Assembly: GCA_028277845.1 (NCBI GenBank)
Contig: JANQFL010000011.1
Coordinates: forward strand, 200,887 to 264,886
From: Sneathiellales bacterium
GTDB taxonomy: Bacteria; Pseudomonadota; Alphaproteobacteria; JANQFL01
DNA: 64,000 bases
Direction: 5' to 3'
This document shows positions 7,484-16,710 of the stretch, one piece after another (within the stretch, counting starts at the first letter, position 1; every line of letters starts with the position of its first letter). The notes under the pieces are model-generated. The model saw nothing but the letters and a program-made list of their open reading frames with translations. It made no database searches and was not told where the DNA came from. The translations under genes and the position numbers were made by a program.

Positions 7484-9688
7484 TTAGAATCCACTGACAG
7501 GAATCCGTATTAGAAATGCCGCACCAATCTCTCGATCAAGGTATTCAATTGTTCCCCTCGACCGTCCAATGGCCTCCCTTGCAATAGACAAACCCAACCC
7601 TGTCCCCTTTGGTTTCAATGAGAACCCAACATCAAATATCTGATCACGAAACTCTTCCGGTATGCCCTTACCGTTGTCTGAGATTTCAATTACGCAACTA
7701 TCTTGGTCTCTACTCAAATTAAATTCAACTAATGGATTTCTAATTTCGTGATGGTCGAGCCAGAAAATCGCGTTATCAAGGATATTTGTAATTGCCGTAG
7801 CCAAATCTTCTCTATATCCAAAAACACTATCGATCGCGTCATCGTTTTTATGTGAAGTATCTATCCCGGCTTCATCCAATTTGCTGCGGAATAACTGAAT
7901 AGCGTCGATAACTATCTGATTGGGATTATATTGGGTCGGTTTGCCACGTCGTCCTCCCGCTAACGGCTCCGTGGCCTTAAAGAGTAACCGCAGTTTGTCT
8001 GCGTTAATATTCATTCCCCTCAAGATACCAGGTGTTACATCCCGTTGTCTCAATGCCTCCTCAGAATCGCTGCATAATGTTGGCCAATAGCGTAACAAAC
8101 GACGAGATTCATCCTGTAAGAATGCCACAGGTGCGCGACCCTCATGGAGCACTTCTCCAAGTATCAGACCTAACGTGACTTTCATTTCCAGGATCGATTG
8201 CTTTTCTTCGAGGTCCTTTAAGTAGCCAATAAGTCGCTTTGATTCCCTGGCGATTTTTTCTCTGGCTTCAATCTGCAAATCGATTGGTAGGTCAGCGACC
8301 ATAGGTTCCGCCCATCGCATGTAGGCGCTTTCGTAAATTCTTGTAAAATCGGTCTGATTTCGTCGACCAATTCCAGCGTTATCTCGAAACGAATATCGTT
8401 TGGGCTCAACGACTTCAGAAAAGAGAGTAGAGATCAATCGCTTCAAACGGAGATAGCTGCCATTCTCCTCCAATCCTTCGCGATTGCTTTGCTCAATGAG
8501 TCCAGACCGTTGCTCACTATCGACTACCAGAACACCTGAAACCTGATTGTGCCCAATCTTGAACCCTGGCTTTTGAACACGAAGTGTATCCAATGTAAGC
8601 CAATCATTATCTGGATCACCGTAAGGACGGATTCGGAACCTGTCACGATAGATGGCAACACCAGAAATTGAATCCAAAATCTCTCTAGCCTGTTTTGCTT
8701 TCAGGTCTCCCATTCCTGCACGCTGCATAGCTGTTTTAACCGCTTCAGCTTCTCTATCGAAAATGAAAAGATGGACTAGGACTATCCCGCACGGTTTCTC
8801 GCCAAATTCTTCGATTTTAATGGGTACTGAACAATGAATTTTTTTGGGTTCCAGCCGGCCACGATGAATAGTCATCGTTCCGTCGAAGTTACCCTCCTCA
8901 TCAAACGCTCCGGCTACTTCATAGTCGCAAGACGAAAGCATCGGAAATGGTTCGACACGATGATGGTTTGACTCTTCCCTATCTGGAAACGCGCTGTTTA
9001 CGATGGCGCCGCCAGAAAAACCGCATCGTTCTTCCGTGCATTCAGAGAGATCGAGGTAGATTTTAAAGTCTGAGTCTTCGGCTATATCCAATGGTGAAAG
9101 CATTCGGCGAAGTTCTTGAAAAAGGCTACGCAACTTACTTTCAGTCCACGTATCTCGAAGTTCCCTTATCCTTAGTGTTGTTCCTGTATTAAGAGCTGGT
9201 ACCGGATGTTCATACTCGAACTCGATATCAGATAGATATTCTGTTTCGTCAAACACATCCCAATTTATGTTGGAAACGACAGTAGTCTGGCTCGTGCTCC
9301 CATCTTTGAGATAAGCTGTGGATTCCAAATCAAGCCACTTACCGAGTTTTGATGCTGCAAACCGCCCGATACCTTTGGAGCCCAATAGCTTTCTTTTTCC
9401 ACTACGGGAAGTTTCAGAATCTACTTTGTCGGTAGTGGCAGGCTCCATCCACTTTCGATCTATATCATTCAGTGTCATTCCATGACCATCGTCCTCGACA
9501 ATGATCGAACCGGAACCTGCGGTAAGAGGAGGAATAAATCGTATTCTCACCCAGTTGGCGTCTGCATCGTGACTATTTTTGACCAACTCAATAACAGCCG
9601 TTTCCGGGCCACTGATCAAACGATCACCAATTGTTCGAATGATGCGGGCTCTTGGTTTGAAGGAAAGTGTGTTCTTTGCTTCGGCCAT
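7484..9688 (-). CDS. MORC/MutL-like GHKL ATPase fused to a C-terminal histidine kinase
   Basis: N-terminal ELVKNSHDA, EDDGHGM, GSKGIGRFA, GTTLRI; middle YRDRFRIRPYG...NREGL; H-box VLHEGRAP; N box NILDNA, G1 DNGKGI, G2 GTGLGL; no TM segments. Confidence 0.88.
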   Translation of the reverse strand: MAEAKNTLSFKPRARIIRTIGDRLISGPETAVIELVKNSHDADANWVRIRFIPPLTAGSGSIIVEDDGHGMTLNDIDRKWMEPATTDKVDSETSRSGKRKLLGSKGIGRFAASKLGKWLDLESTAYLKDGSTSQTTVVSNINWDVFDETEYLSDIEFEYEHPVPALNTGTTLRIRELRDTWTESKLRSLFQELRRMLSPLDIAEDSDFKIYLDLSECTEERCGFSGGAIVNSAFPDREESNHHRVEPFPMLSSCDYEVAGAFDEEGNFDGTMTIHRGRLEPKKIHCSVPIKIEEFGEKPCGIVLVHLFIFDREAEAVKTAMQRAGMGDLKAKQAREILDSISGVAIYRDRFRIRPYGDPDNDWLTLDTLRVQKPGFKIGHNQVSGVLVVDSEQRSGLIEQSNREGLEENGSYLRLKRLISTLFSEVVEPKRYSFRDNAGIGRRNQTDFTRIYESAYMRWAEPMVADLPIDLQIEAREKIARESKRLIGYLKDLEEKQSILEMKVTLGLILGEVLHEGRAPVAFLQDESRRLLRYWPTLCSDSEEALRQRDVTPGILRGMNINADKLRLLFKATEPLAGGRRGKPTQYNPNQIVIDAIQLFRSKLDEAGIDTSHKNDDAIDSVFGYREDLATAITNILDNAIFWLDHHEIRNPLVEFNLSRDQDSCVIEISDNGKGIPEEFRDQIFDVGFSLKPKGTGLGLSIAREAIGRSRGTIEYLDREIGAAFLIRIPVSGF

Positions 9689-9918
9689 CTACCTATTACT
9701 TATGTTGGTGTTCGATAAATCGACATTCATACTTATCGCCCTCAAGTTTTTGACTGTCACAATTTATCGAATTGTGAAACAAGTAGCCTCAGCGTCTTGC
9801 AGACTTCGCTACAAAAGCCGCTGATTTTATTGTAACCCCTTAGGGCGCTTGATGTAGGTTACACCTGTATCCGCTATTAAAACATCTGTCGGTTGCAAAA
9901 CCTACGCCCATTAGATAG

Positions 9919-10092
9919 GCCATGGCCACGGCGGCGCAGCTTGAATACGGCTGCACCTGGATCAACACCCATTTCATGCTGGTCAACGAATTGCCCCACC
10001 GCAGATTGAAACAGTCGGGTTACGGCAAGGACATGTCTCTCTACGCCCTCGAGAACTTCACGGCCGCGCGCCAAGTGATGATCGCGCACTAG
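9919..10092 (+). pseudogene. C-terminal remnant of a gamma-aminobutyraldehyde dehydrogenase (PatD/YdcW-like)
   Basis: AMATAAQLEYGCTWINTHFMLVNELPHRRLKQSGYGKDMSLYALENFTAARQVMIAH*; in-frame TAG at 9916; conserved PHGG is PHRR here. Confidence 0.85.
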
Positions 10093-10162
10093 AAAACACC
10101 CATTGTTTTGGCGCCGGAACCTTGTCTTTCGCCGGTCAGTGCCGGATGTGCCGGCAATCCGC

Positions 10163-11272
10163 TCATCCGGCGTCCCATAGGGAAAGGATTTGGCCTTCCG
10201 AGGGGCGGATATTGCCGTTCAGGGTCTTGATATAGCGGTCCAGCGTTTCCGCCGGGCCATGGCCCTGCACGACGGTAATCCAGTCGCCGGTCTTGCCGAC
10301 GAACGCGCTCCACCGTTCGTTGAGGCGGGTCTGGAAACCTTCCGCACCCCAAGCCTCCAGCCGCCGTTCGGCGTGCGTGGGGGCGAAGAAAAACCGTGAC
10401 CGGGGACCGGGCAGCCCCTCGTACTCCGTTGCCGCCGACTGCCAGTGGGTCAGGCCGACACGGCAACTGCTCTTCAATTCACCGCCAAAATGATGATGGA
10501 TGCGCGAGAGCACATCGGCGTCGCCCGCCATGTCGACGAAGGCCGCCGATGAGACGGGCAAGGTCTCCAGAGCATCATAGTTGACCACTTGGTCGTAGCA
10601 GCCCAGCGAGTCGACGAATTCGCGGTTACCCGGACTGGTCAGTCCAACGACGGAAAGCGACTCGGGTTTCTTGTTCTGCAGCAAATCAGCCAATGCCATG
10701 GACGTCTTGCTCGACGCACTGGACAGGATGACCGTTCCGGCGCCGAAATAGTCCTCGCTCCGATGGTAGTCCTCCAGCAGGAACGACGTCGCGAACAAAG
10801 GGCGGAACAGGCTGGTCAGGCTTTCGTGTTCGGGCCGGTACACCGGATCGGTCTTGGTGAACGCGTACTGATTGTAGAACGGCGCCCGTTCCTGGCGATG
10901 CGCGGCGCCGTCCGTCACCATGAACGGCGTCACCTTGGAGGGCTCGATCATCAGGTGTGTCGACATCGGCAGATAGCCGTACAGGCGATCGCCCTGTTCC
11001 AGTCCGGCGGCGTTGGAGGCGACGACGTCGGCATACCCCCACACCGGGATGCGGCCGTATCCAACGTGTCCGGTCGGGAAGAAATCCCAGTATCCGAGCT
11101 GGTCGGCCGAGACGCCGTAGGAGATGTTGTTTGCGGTCAGGGCGAAGGTGTCGACTTTCAGAAGACACCGGCCGTCATCAAGGCCATCGGCATCGGGGAA
11201 TTCCGTTTCGACGATCCTGGCGTCCGACAAATCGGACCGGTTGACGACCAAATCAATACCTGTGATGGGCAT
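10163..11272 (-). CDS. DUF2855 family protein
   Basis: FALTANNISY, YWDFFP, IPVWG, LFRPLFATSF, SSASSKT, FFFAP motifs. Confidence 0.85.
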   Translation of the reverse strand: MPITGIDLVVNRSDLSDARIVETEFPDADGLDDGRCLLKVDTFALTANNISYGVSADQLGYWDFFPTGHVGYGRIPVWGYADVVASNAAGLEQGDRLYGYLPMSTHLMIEPSKVTPFMVTDGAAHRQERAPFYNQYAFTKTDPVYRPEHESLTSLFRPLFATSFLLEDYHRSEDYFGAGTVILSSASSKTSMALADLLQNKKPESLSVVGLTSPGNREFVDSLGCYDQVVNYDALETLPVSSAAFVDMAGDADVLSRIHHHFGGELKSSCRVGLTHWQSAATEYEGLPGPRSRFFFAPTHAERRLEAWGAEGFQTRLNERWSAFVGKTGDWITVVQGHGPAETLDRYIKTLNGNIRPSEGQILSLWDAG

Positions 11273-11465
11273 GTCGTTGCGCTCCCCGACGCGAACAACG
11301 GAATATGGATTCCTTTATCGGCCGGTGCGCACCCGTCGCATGATCCTACCCAGGCACATTTCCGGCCGCGGCGATCATAGCGTCGGCGCATTGCAGCGAA
11401 CAGCCGAATGTTCGATCGGAATTGCGCAGCGGCCGGGATGAAATTCCACGTCGCAATAACAGGCG

Positions 11466-12230
11466 TTAAGCCGCTTCCGCTTGCGCCTCGTCGTCCAGGG
11501 CAATACCCACGTCCAGCGCTTCCAACCAGTCGAGGAACCGGACGACATCGTCGCCCTGGAACAGACGGCCGTGTTGCGGCGCCATGATGTCGATCTCGAG
11601 GGCGCGGACCCGTTTGATCCAGGCGTTTTTGGCCTTGTTCGACGGCATCCAGCGCTGGTGGAAGTAGCGCATGTGCGCGGTGTGGGCTTCGAAATCCTCG
11701 ACGAACATGGGCACGTCGCCTTTCTCCAGCGCCGCACCGATGTCGCCGCTCATGAGGATTTTCGATTCAGGATCGTAGACGTGGAAATTGGCCGACGAAT
11801 GCAGATAGTGCGCCGGCACGAATTGCAGCGTCAGGCCATCCAGCTTCATGGTCGAGCCTTCGTCGGGGATCGGCACGAATTCCACATTGTCACAGCCGAA
11901 ATGGCGCACGAACCCTTCCCACAGCCAAGGGCAATGCAGTTTGGCCTGCGGCAAGGTACGATCCCATAACCCGAGCGACGAAATGATGTCCGGGTCCTGA
12001 TGGGACGCGAATATGTGGGTGATGTTTTCCAGCGGCGTGTGATGGATGACGGCGCTGAGCATGGCCGGAAAGATCTCGATCCCGCCCGGGTCCAGCAGCA
12101 TGGCCTGATTGCGCGTCGCGATGAGATATTGGTTGGTGTCGATGATCTTCTCCGGCTTTTCCGGGTCACGCCCGAAAACCAACCAGCGTGCGCCGCTCAC
12201 CTTGTTTTCGCTGAGAACCGTCGATTTCAT
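11466..12230 (-). CDS. ODP-like oxygen-binding di-iron protein (metallo-beta-lactamase fold)
   Basis: TNQYLI, LDPGG, SHQDPDI, PAHYLHS, SGDIG, HQRWMPS, APQHG; no flavodoxin domain; last gene of the che operon. Confidence 0.8.
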   Translation of the reverse strand: MKSTVLSENKVSGARWLVFGRDPEKPEKIIDTNQYLIATRNQAMLLDPGGIEIFPAMLSAVIHHTPLENITHIFASHQDPDIISSLGLWDRTLPQAKLHCPWLWEGFVRHFGCDNVEFVPIPDEGSTMKLDGLTLQFVPAHYLHSSANFHVYDPESKILMSGDIGAALEKGDVPMFVEDFEAHTAHMRYFHQRWMPSNKAKNAWIKRVRALEIDIMAPQHGRLFQGDDVVRFLDWLEALDVGIALDDEAQAEAA

Positions 12231-12260
12231 TGTGTCCTCACTTCCTTCGTGCAGAAAAAT

Positions 12261-12893
12261 TCAGTTGCTGGCCGTCTGGTGCGCCCGCAACAGCGTGCGG
12301 CAGGAGGCCACCATGGACCGCACCTGCTCGGCGGAGTTGTTGAGGTCCACCGCCATGGCGTCGAATTGACCGCCGCTGGTCCCGAGCGATGCCGCTTCCG
12401 TCCGCGCCACCGTGGCGAAGCTTATGGCGGCGAGGATGCGTTGATCGATTTCATCCAGCAGCGATGTCAACGTGTACAGATATTCGCGTAGCCGGTCGCG
12501 CAGCGACTGAACCTCCCGTTCCAGCCCGGCCAGGGGTTGACGAACGGAGGCGGCGTATTCGGCCTTGCCGGCACGCTTTTGGCCTTCGGCCACCTTGTCC
12601 CTGGACTGCGCCGCCCTGACCTCGGACAGGGACGTTCGGGAAACTTCGAGGGCGACCCGGTTGACGTCGCCGGTGAGGCGGCGGACATCGTTGGCCAGTT
12701 CCTGCATGAAATCGGTGATGGGGCGGAATCCGCGCGCGCTCTGTTCCGCCCGGGCGGTAAGAGCCATGGTGTTCATGGCACCGAGCGAGATGTTTTCCGC
12801 CACCGGGATAACCTTGTCCAGCGTCGCCGCGATGGTCACGGCGGCAACGTAGAAGTCGTCGCCGGTCTTTTGTTTCGATACCGTGATCTCCAT
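12261..12893 (-). CDS. Short, divergent MCP-signalling-domain-like protein
   Basis: ATG at 12893 after GGAG; ISLGAMNTMALTARAEQSARGF resembles the chemoreceptor hairpin tip; helical, no TM. Confidence 0.65.
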   Translation of the reverse strand: MEITVSKQKTGDDFYVAAVTIAATLDKVIPVAENISLGAMNTMALTARAEQSARGFRPITDFMQELANDVRRLTGDVNRVALEVSRTSLSEVRAAQSRDKVAEGQKRAGKAEYAASVRQPLAGLEREVQSLRDRLREYLYTLTSLLDEIDQRILAAISFATVARTEAASLGTSGGQFDAMAVDLNNSAEQVRSMVASCRTLLRAHQTASN

Positions 12894-12904
12894 GGCGCAG
12901 TCTC

Positions 12905-13816
12905 CTACCGGGCCCCGTCGAAGTGCATGCGTGCCTCGACGATATTGCCGGCGCCCTCGAAGCGGACGTCGTCGAATGCCAGCTTGCGGGCGAACAGCAG
13001 GCCGCGGCCATGCAGGCCGCAATCCGAACATCCCTCGTGTTCTTCAAAACGGCGGTAGTCGAACCCCTTGCCCTGATCGGTCACCCGGATGGTGACACCG
13101 GACGGGCCATTGTCGAAGTCGACCAGAACGAACCGGTCCTTGAAGGGGGCCTGCTCCAGACGGCGCTCGATTTCCGTCTGCCAGGTGCCGTCGGCCAGCA
13201 GGACGGATTTCCGCTCGTAACCGATTTCGAGATTACCGTGCTCGATGGCGTTGACGAACAGCTCCCGTGCGCCCAGGGCGACCCGTTCCGGTTCCGGGCA
13301 CGACAGCGACAGCATCGTCGCCAGGTTCTCGGCTTCTTCCAATGTCCGTATCCTGAACTGACCGGACCGGACATGGCCGACGGCGGATGTGCGCTTGCGC
13401 ACTTCGGCCCGCAACTGCGACCGCTTCTCCTGTTCGAACACCGCCGCCCGGACGACCGCACACAGCGTCTTGTCATTGACCGGCTTGCGCAACTCATAGG
13501 CCGCCTCGCGGGCGATATGTTCGGCCACCGGGTGCGAGCCGTCTCCGGTTAACAACATCAATGGCACCTTCGATTTATCGGGTGGAAGCAGCAATTCGAG
13601 CAACGCCCCGTCGCTTTTGGAAAATCCGGTATCACCATCGAAAATGATGGCCTCAATCCCCGAAGACGAAGCACTGATCGCGGCCAGGCCATCGTCGGAA
13701 ATCTCCTGCAGGTCCTGCAATTCAAACTGCTCATCAGAAACTCTGGCCAATTTTCCAATACGTTGCGAACTTCGATCTATGATCAACACGGGAATGGGAT
13801 CTTCGGTCATATCCAT
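12905..13816 (-). CDS. Degenerate receiver domain plus RsbW-like anti-sigma/Ser kinase (HATPase)
   Basis: VLIIDRS...IIFDG receiver-like N-terminus; ELFVNAIEHGN, DQGKGF, GRGL. Confidence 0.8.
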   Translation of the reverse strand: MDMTEDPIPVLIIDRSSQRIGKLARVSDEQFELQDLQEISDDGLAAISASSSGIEAIIFDGDTGFSKSDGALLELLLPPDKSKVPLMLLTGDGSHPVAEHIAREAAYELRKPVNDKTLCAVVRAAVFEQEKRSQLRAEVRKRTSAVGHVRSGQFRIRTLEEAENLATMLSLSCPEPERVALGARELFVNAIEHGNLEIGYERKSVLLADGTWQTEIERRLEQAPFKDRFVLVDFDNGPSGVTIRVTDQGKGFDYRRFEEHEGCSDCGLHGRGLLFARKLAFDDVRFEGAGNIVEARMHFDGAR

Positions 13817-13839
13817 CGCCGGAACTCAATTCGATTGTT

Positions 13840-15084
13840 TCAATAACGATGGAAACAGAGAACGGAGAGGTCATCGGGCAATGGTCCCGGCGCCCGCACG
13901 AAAAACCGGTTCAACAGGGATTCCATCATATCCTTGACGTTGGCGTGCCCGACGCTTTCCCCGGCCAGACGCAGCAGGTCGTCCTGTGTGAATACGGGGT
14001 CGGCCGGAGTCGGCGTTTCCACCAACGCATCACTGTAGAAAAAGAGCACATCGCCTTCACCGAAGGGCGTGGAATGAACCGTGTATTCGTTTTCCTTTCT
14101 GAATCCGACGGGCAGGCCGGCACTTTCGAGATAGCGAACGTCTCCGGAACGGTCGTTTGCCAAAATGGGTGGCGGGTGGGCCGCAGACGAATAGGTCAGG
14201 CGGTCGTTCTCGAGATCGAGAACGCCGATGATCATGGTCGCGAACTGCCCGGTCGGTAAAACCCGCGTGAAAAACGTATTCACCATTCCCAGATAATTGC
14301 CGGCGTCCACAATGGATTCGGACGCCATCCAATCCAGCAGGGTGTGCAGGCGAAACGTGTTCAACGCGGCGGTAACGCCATGACCGGAAAAGTCCGCCGA
14401 TACGAATCCAAGGCGGTTTTCGGTAATCGAGCGCAGGCCCCAGAAATCCCCGCCAAGCTCCTGGCAGGCTTCGTAGTGCGCCGCGATGCCCAGATTGTGA
14501 CGCGCCGAGAGCTTGTCGATGACGTCCTGACTGGGCATGAGGGCGCGTTGCATACCGTGCGCCATATCCAGTTCATAGCGCAACCGTTCCTGATAGATCG
14601 ACAGTTCCCGAATGAGAAACCGGTTTTCCAGATGGATTTTCACCCGTGCGATCAATTCGGGCGCATAGATCGGCTTCGTCACCAAATCCGTCGCGCCGAC
14701 ATCGAACGCCTTGGACCGTTCCTCCTCCGAATTGATTCCCGACTGAAACAGCACCGGTGTATCGCGCAGGAAAGGATCGGACCGGATTTTGCGGCAAACC
14801 TCGTAGCCATCCATGTCGGGCATGACGATATCGAGAAGAATCAGATCGGGCTTGATTTGCCGGGTCTTCTCGAGAGCTTCGTTGCCATCGGCGGCCTCTT
14901 CGACACAAGTGTAGCCGGCCTTCCGCAAATAGGCGGAAATCAAGGTCCGCTGCAATTTTCTGTCATCGACCACGAGGATGGACGCATCCAAGTTGTGTTG
15001 CTCGGATACCGTGGCCTCATGGGTGGCCTCGACCTCCAACGCCGGTGAGGCCGACACATTCTCCGCACGCAATGAAGCAGTCAT
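13840..15084 (-). CDS. Response regulator with PP2C/SpoIIE (RsbU-like) phosphatase domain
   Basis: ILVVDD...LLDIVMPDMDG...KP; LGGDFW, ADFSGHG, YSDAL, DDLS. Confidence 0.9.
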   Translation of the reverse strand: MTASLRAENVSASPALEVEATHEATVSEQHNLDASILVVDDRKLQRTLISAYLRKAGYTCVEEAADGNEALEKTRQIKPDLILLDIVMPDMDGYEVCRKIRSDPFLRDTPVLFQSGINSEEERSKAFDVGATDLVTKPIYAPELIARVKIHLENRFLIRELSIYQERLRYELDMAHGMQRALMPSQDVIDKLSARHNLGIAAHYEACQELGGDFWGLRSITENRLGFVSADFSGHGVTAALNTFRLHTLLDWMASESIVDAGNYLGMVNTFFTRVLPTGQFATMIIGVLDLENDRLTYSSAAHPPPILANDRSGDVRYLESAGLPVGFRKENEYTVHSTPFGEGDVLFFYSDALVETPTPADPVFTQDDLLRLAGESVGHANVKDMMESLLNRFFVRAPGPLPDDLSVLCFHRY

Positions 15085-15110
15085 GGATATACCCAAACTC
15101 CGGCCGGCTT

Positions 15111-15419
15111 CTACATTTCCACGACGACCACATCGCCGATTTTGGCCAAATCCAGCAATTGCTTGACCTGACCGCGCGGTGATCGCAGTGCGAAATCCCA
15201 ACTGTTCTTCTGCAGTTCCTCATTGGCAATCATGAACATCCCCAGTCCCGCGGAATCGACGGAAGCCAACTGGGACAACTCGAACACGCATTTCTTTCCG
15301 CCATTTGAGATAACGTTCTTCAACACATCGCGGAATTCTCCATGGTCGGAGAACGTCAGTGCCTCGCTGAGCCGCACCACGACTTCGTTATCGGCCACAT
15401 TGACTTCGTGCTTCATCAT
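15111..15419 (-). CDS. STAS domain anti-anti-sigma factor
   Basis: 102 aa; VDSAGLGM phosphorylatable Ser motif. Confidence 0.88.
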   Translation of the reverse strand: MMKHEVNVADNEVVVRLSEALTFSDHGEFRDVLKNVISNGGKKCVFELSQLASVDSAGLGMFMIANEELQKNSWDFALRSPRGQVKQLLDLAKIGDVVVVEM

Positions 15420-15430
15420 TCCCTCCTTTG

Positions 15431-16660
15431 CTAAAACAGTTCGACATCCCCGCCCGAGGCAGCGGCACCGGTGTCTTCTTCGTCCGGTATCGCGTCCTCT
15501 TCGTCAAACAACATGCGCCTGACGAAACGCTCCCGCATCTCGCCCAACGTGCAGCGGTTGACGACCGACAACAGCCATTCCTCGTCGACCACCGCGTCCT
15601 GATTGACATCCGAAACGGTCTCCCGCGTCTCGGCCTTCAAGTCATCGGTGGCATCACTGAGGACGGAGATGGTTCCGATGACGTTTTCCAATCTCTGTTT
15701 CGTACGGTCCTGGAATTGCGTGCCCGTGACCAGGCCGGAAACGTCTTTGGTGATGGCCTCGGCGACCTGCGCGGAATCCGACAGCGTGCTGGTGAACAGG
15801 TTGTTCTGCTCAACCAGTCCCTTCATCATTTTTTCGAGACGTTCCTTTGCAACGATCTGATCGGACATGTCGATGGCCGCGACCTTCTTTAATTCGGCGT
15901 GTCCGGACCGAACACCCTGCGTGACGGCCAGGACCTGTTCACGCATGTCGGTCGACAATCTATCGATTGTGCGGGACAGTTCCCGGACCTCTTCCGACAC
16001 CACACCGAAACCCTTGCCGGCGTCGCCGGCGCGCGCCGCCTCGATCTTGGCATTCATGGCCAGCAAGTTGGTCTGGTAGTTGATCGTTTCGATCTGGTCG
16101 ATGCAGGCCTCGACTTCTATGACGTGATTGATCACATCGTCGAGGGCATACACCATGGAGACGGCCTGCTTGGACATGAACAGGATCTTGTTGACCACGT
16201 CCATCAGCGTGCTCTCGAGAATCTGCGGAAACTCCGTCAGCCGGATGGACTCTCCATCCACTTCCACCTGCTGGGCCAGTTGGATGATCTCGAAGATACT
16301 CTCGGTCTGGCGCTGCGCATTGCCGGCCAGATTGGTAAATCGGCCGGAAAGGTCCTCCGTGCTTTCCTCGACCAGGTCGGAGGCAATTGTGATTTCGCCG
16401 CACAGGGCAGACAGGGTACGGCGTTGAATTTCCGACAGGCCGATCCAGCGGTCCAGGAACTCGACGACATCCGTGTGACTGTAATCCGGAGCGGTGTCGG
16501 CGTCCGCGGACAACCGCAGATCGTGTTCATCCACGGCCGTGCCGGATGTTTCGTGTTGGGCTTCGACGCAATCGATGGTCTCGGATTCATTGCCGGCCGT
16601 TTCGAACGGGTTTTCGGTTTCGTCCACCGCAAGGGCCGCCTTTTTCTTAAACCACAACAT
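15431..16660 (-). CDS. Soluble methyl-accepting chemotaxis protein (McpA/CttP-like)
   Basis: [34 protein letters not shown]; QFQDR; no TM; ends GDVELF. Confidence 0.85.
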   Translation of the reverse strand: MLWFKKKAALAVDETENPFETAGNESETIDCVEAQHETSGTAVDEHDLRLSADADTAPDYSHTDVVEFLDRWIGLSEIQRRTLSALCGEITIASDLVEESTEDLSGRFTNLAGNAQRQTESIFEIIQLAQQVEVDGESIRLTEFPQILESTLMDVVNKILFMSKQAVSMVYALDDVINHVIEVEACIDQIETINYQTNLLAMNAKIEAARAGDAGKGFGVVSEEVRELSRTIDRLSTDMREQVLAVTQGVRSGHAELKKVAAIDMSDQIVAKERLEKMMKGLVEQNNLFTSTLSDSAQVAEAITKDVSGLVTGTQFQDRTKQRLENVIGTISVLSDATDDLKAETRETVSDVNQDAVVDEEWLLSVVNRCTLGEMRERFVRRMLFDEEDAIPDEEDTGAAASGGDVELF

Positions 16661-16710
16661 CGATCCACTCGCCTCTCGCTAACCCAAACGTTCTCGACAT
16701 TCGCTCTGCA

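Larger units (their letters stand above)
4900..9918. mobile_element. Low-GC horizontally acquired islet (no integrase seen; boundaries approximate)
   Basis: Composition drops to roughly 45-50% GC by eye against GC-rich flanks; right edge abuts a truncated gene. Confidence 0.6.

Noticed and set aside
4935-9688. Classical type II R-M or DISARM call for the island
   Set aside because: No restriction endonuclease, helicase, SNF2, DUF1998 or PLD gene recognised; Vsr is a repair nickase
9877-10089. 70-aa minus-strand ORF
   Set aside because: Antisense to the aldehyde dehydrogenase remnant on the plus strand
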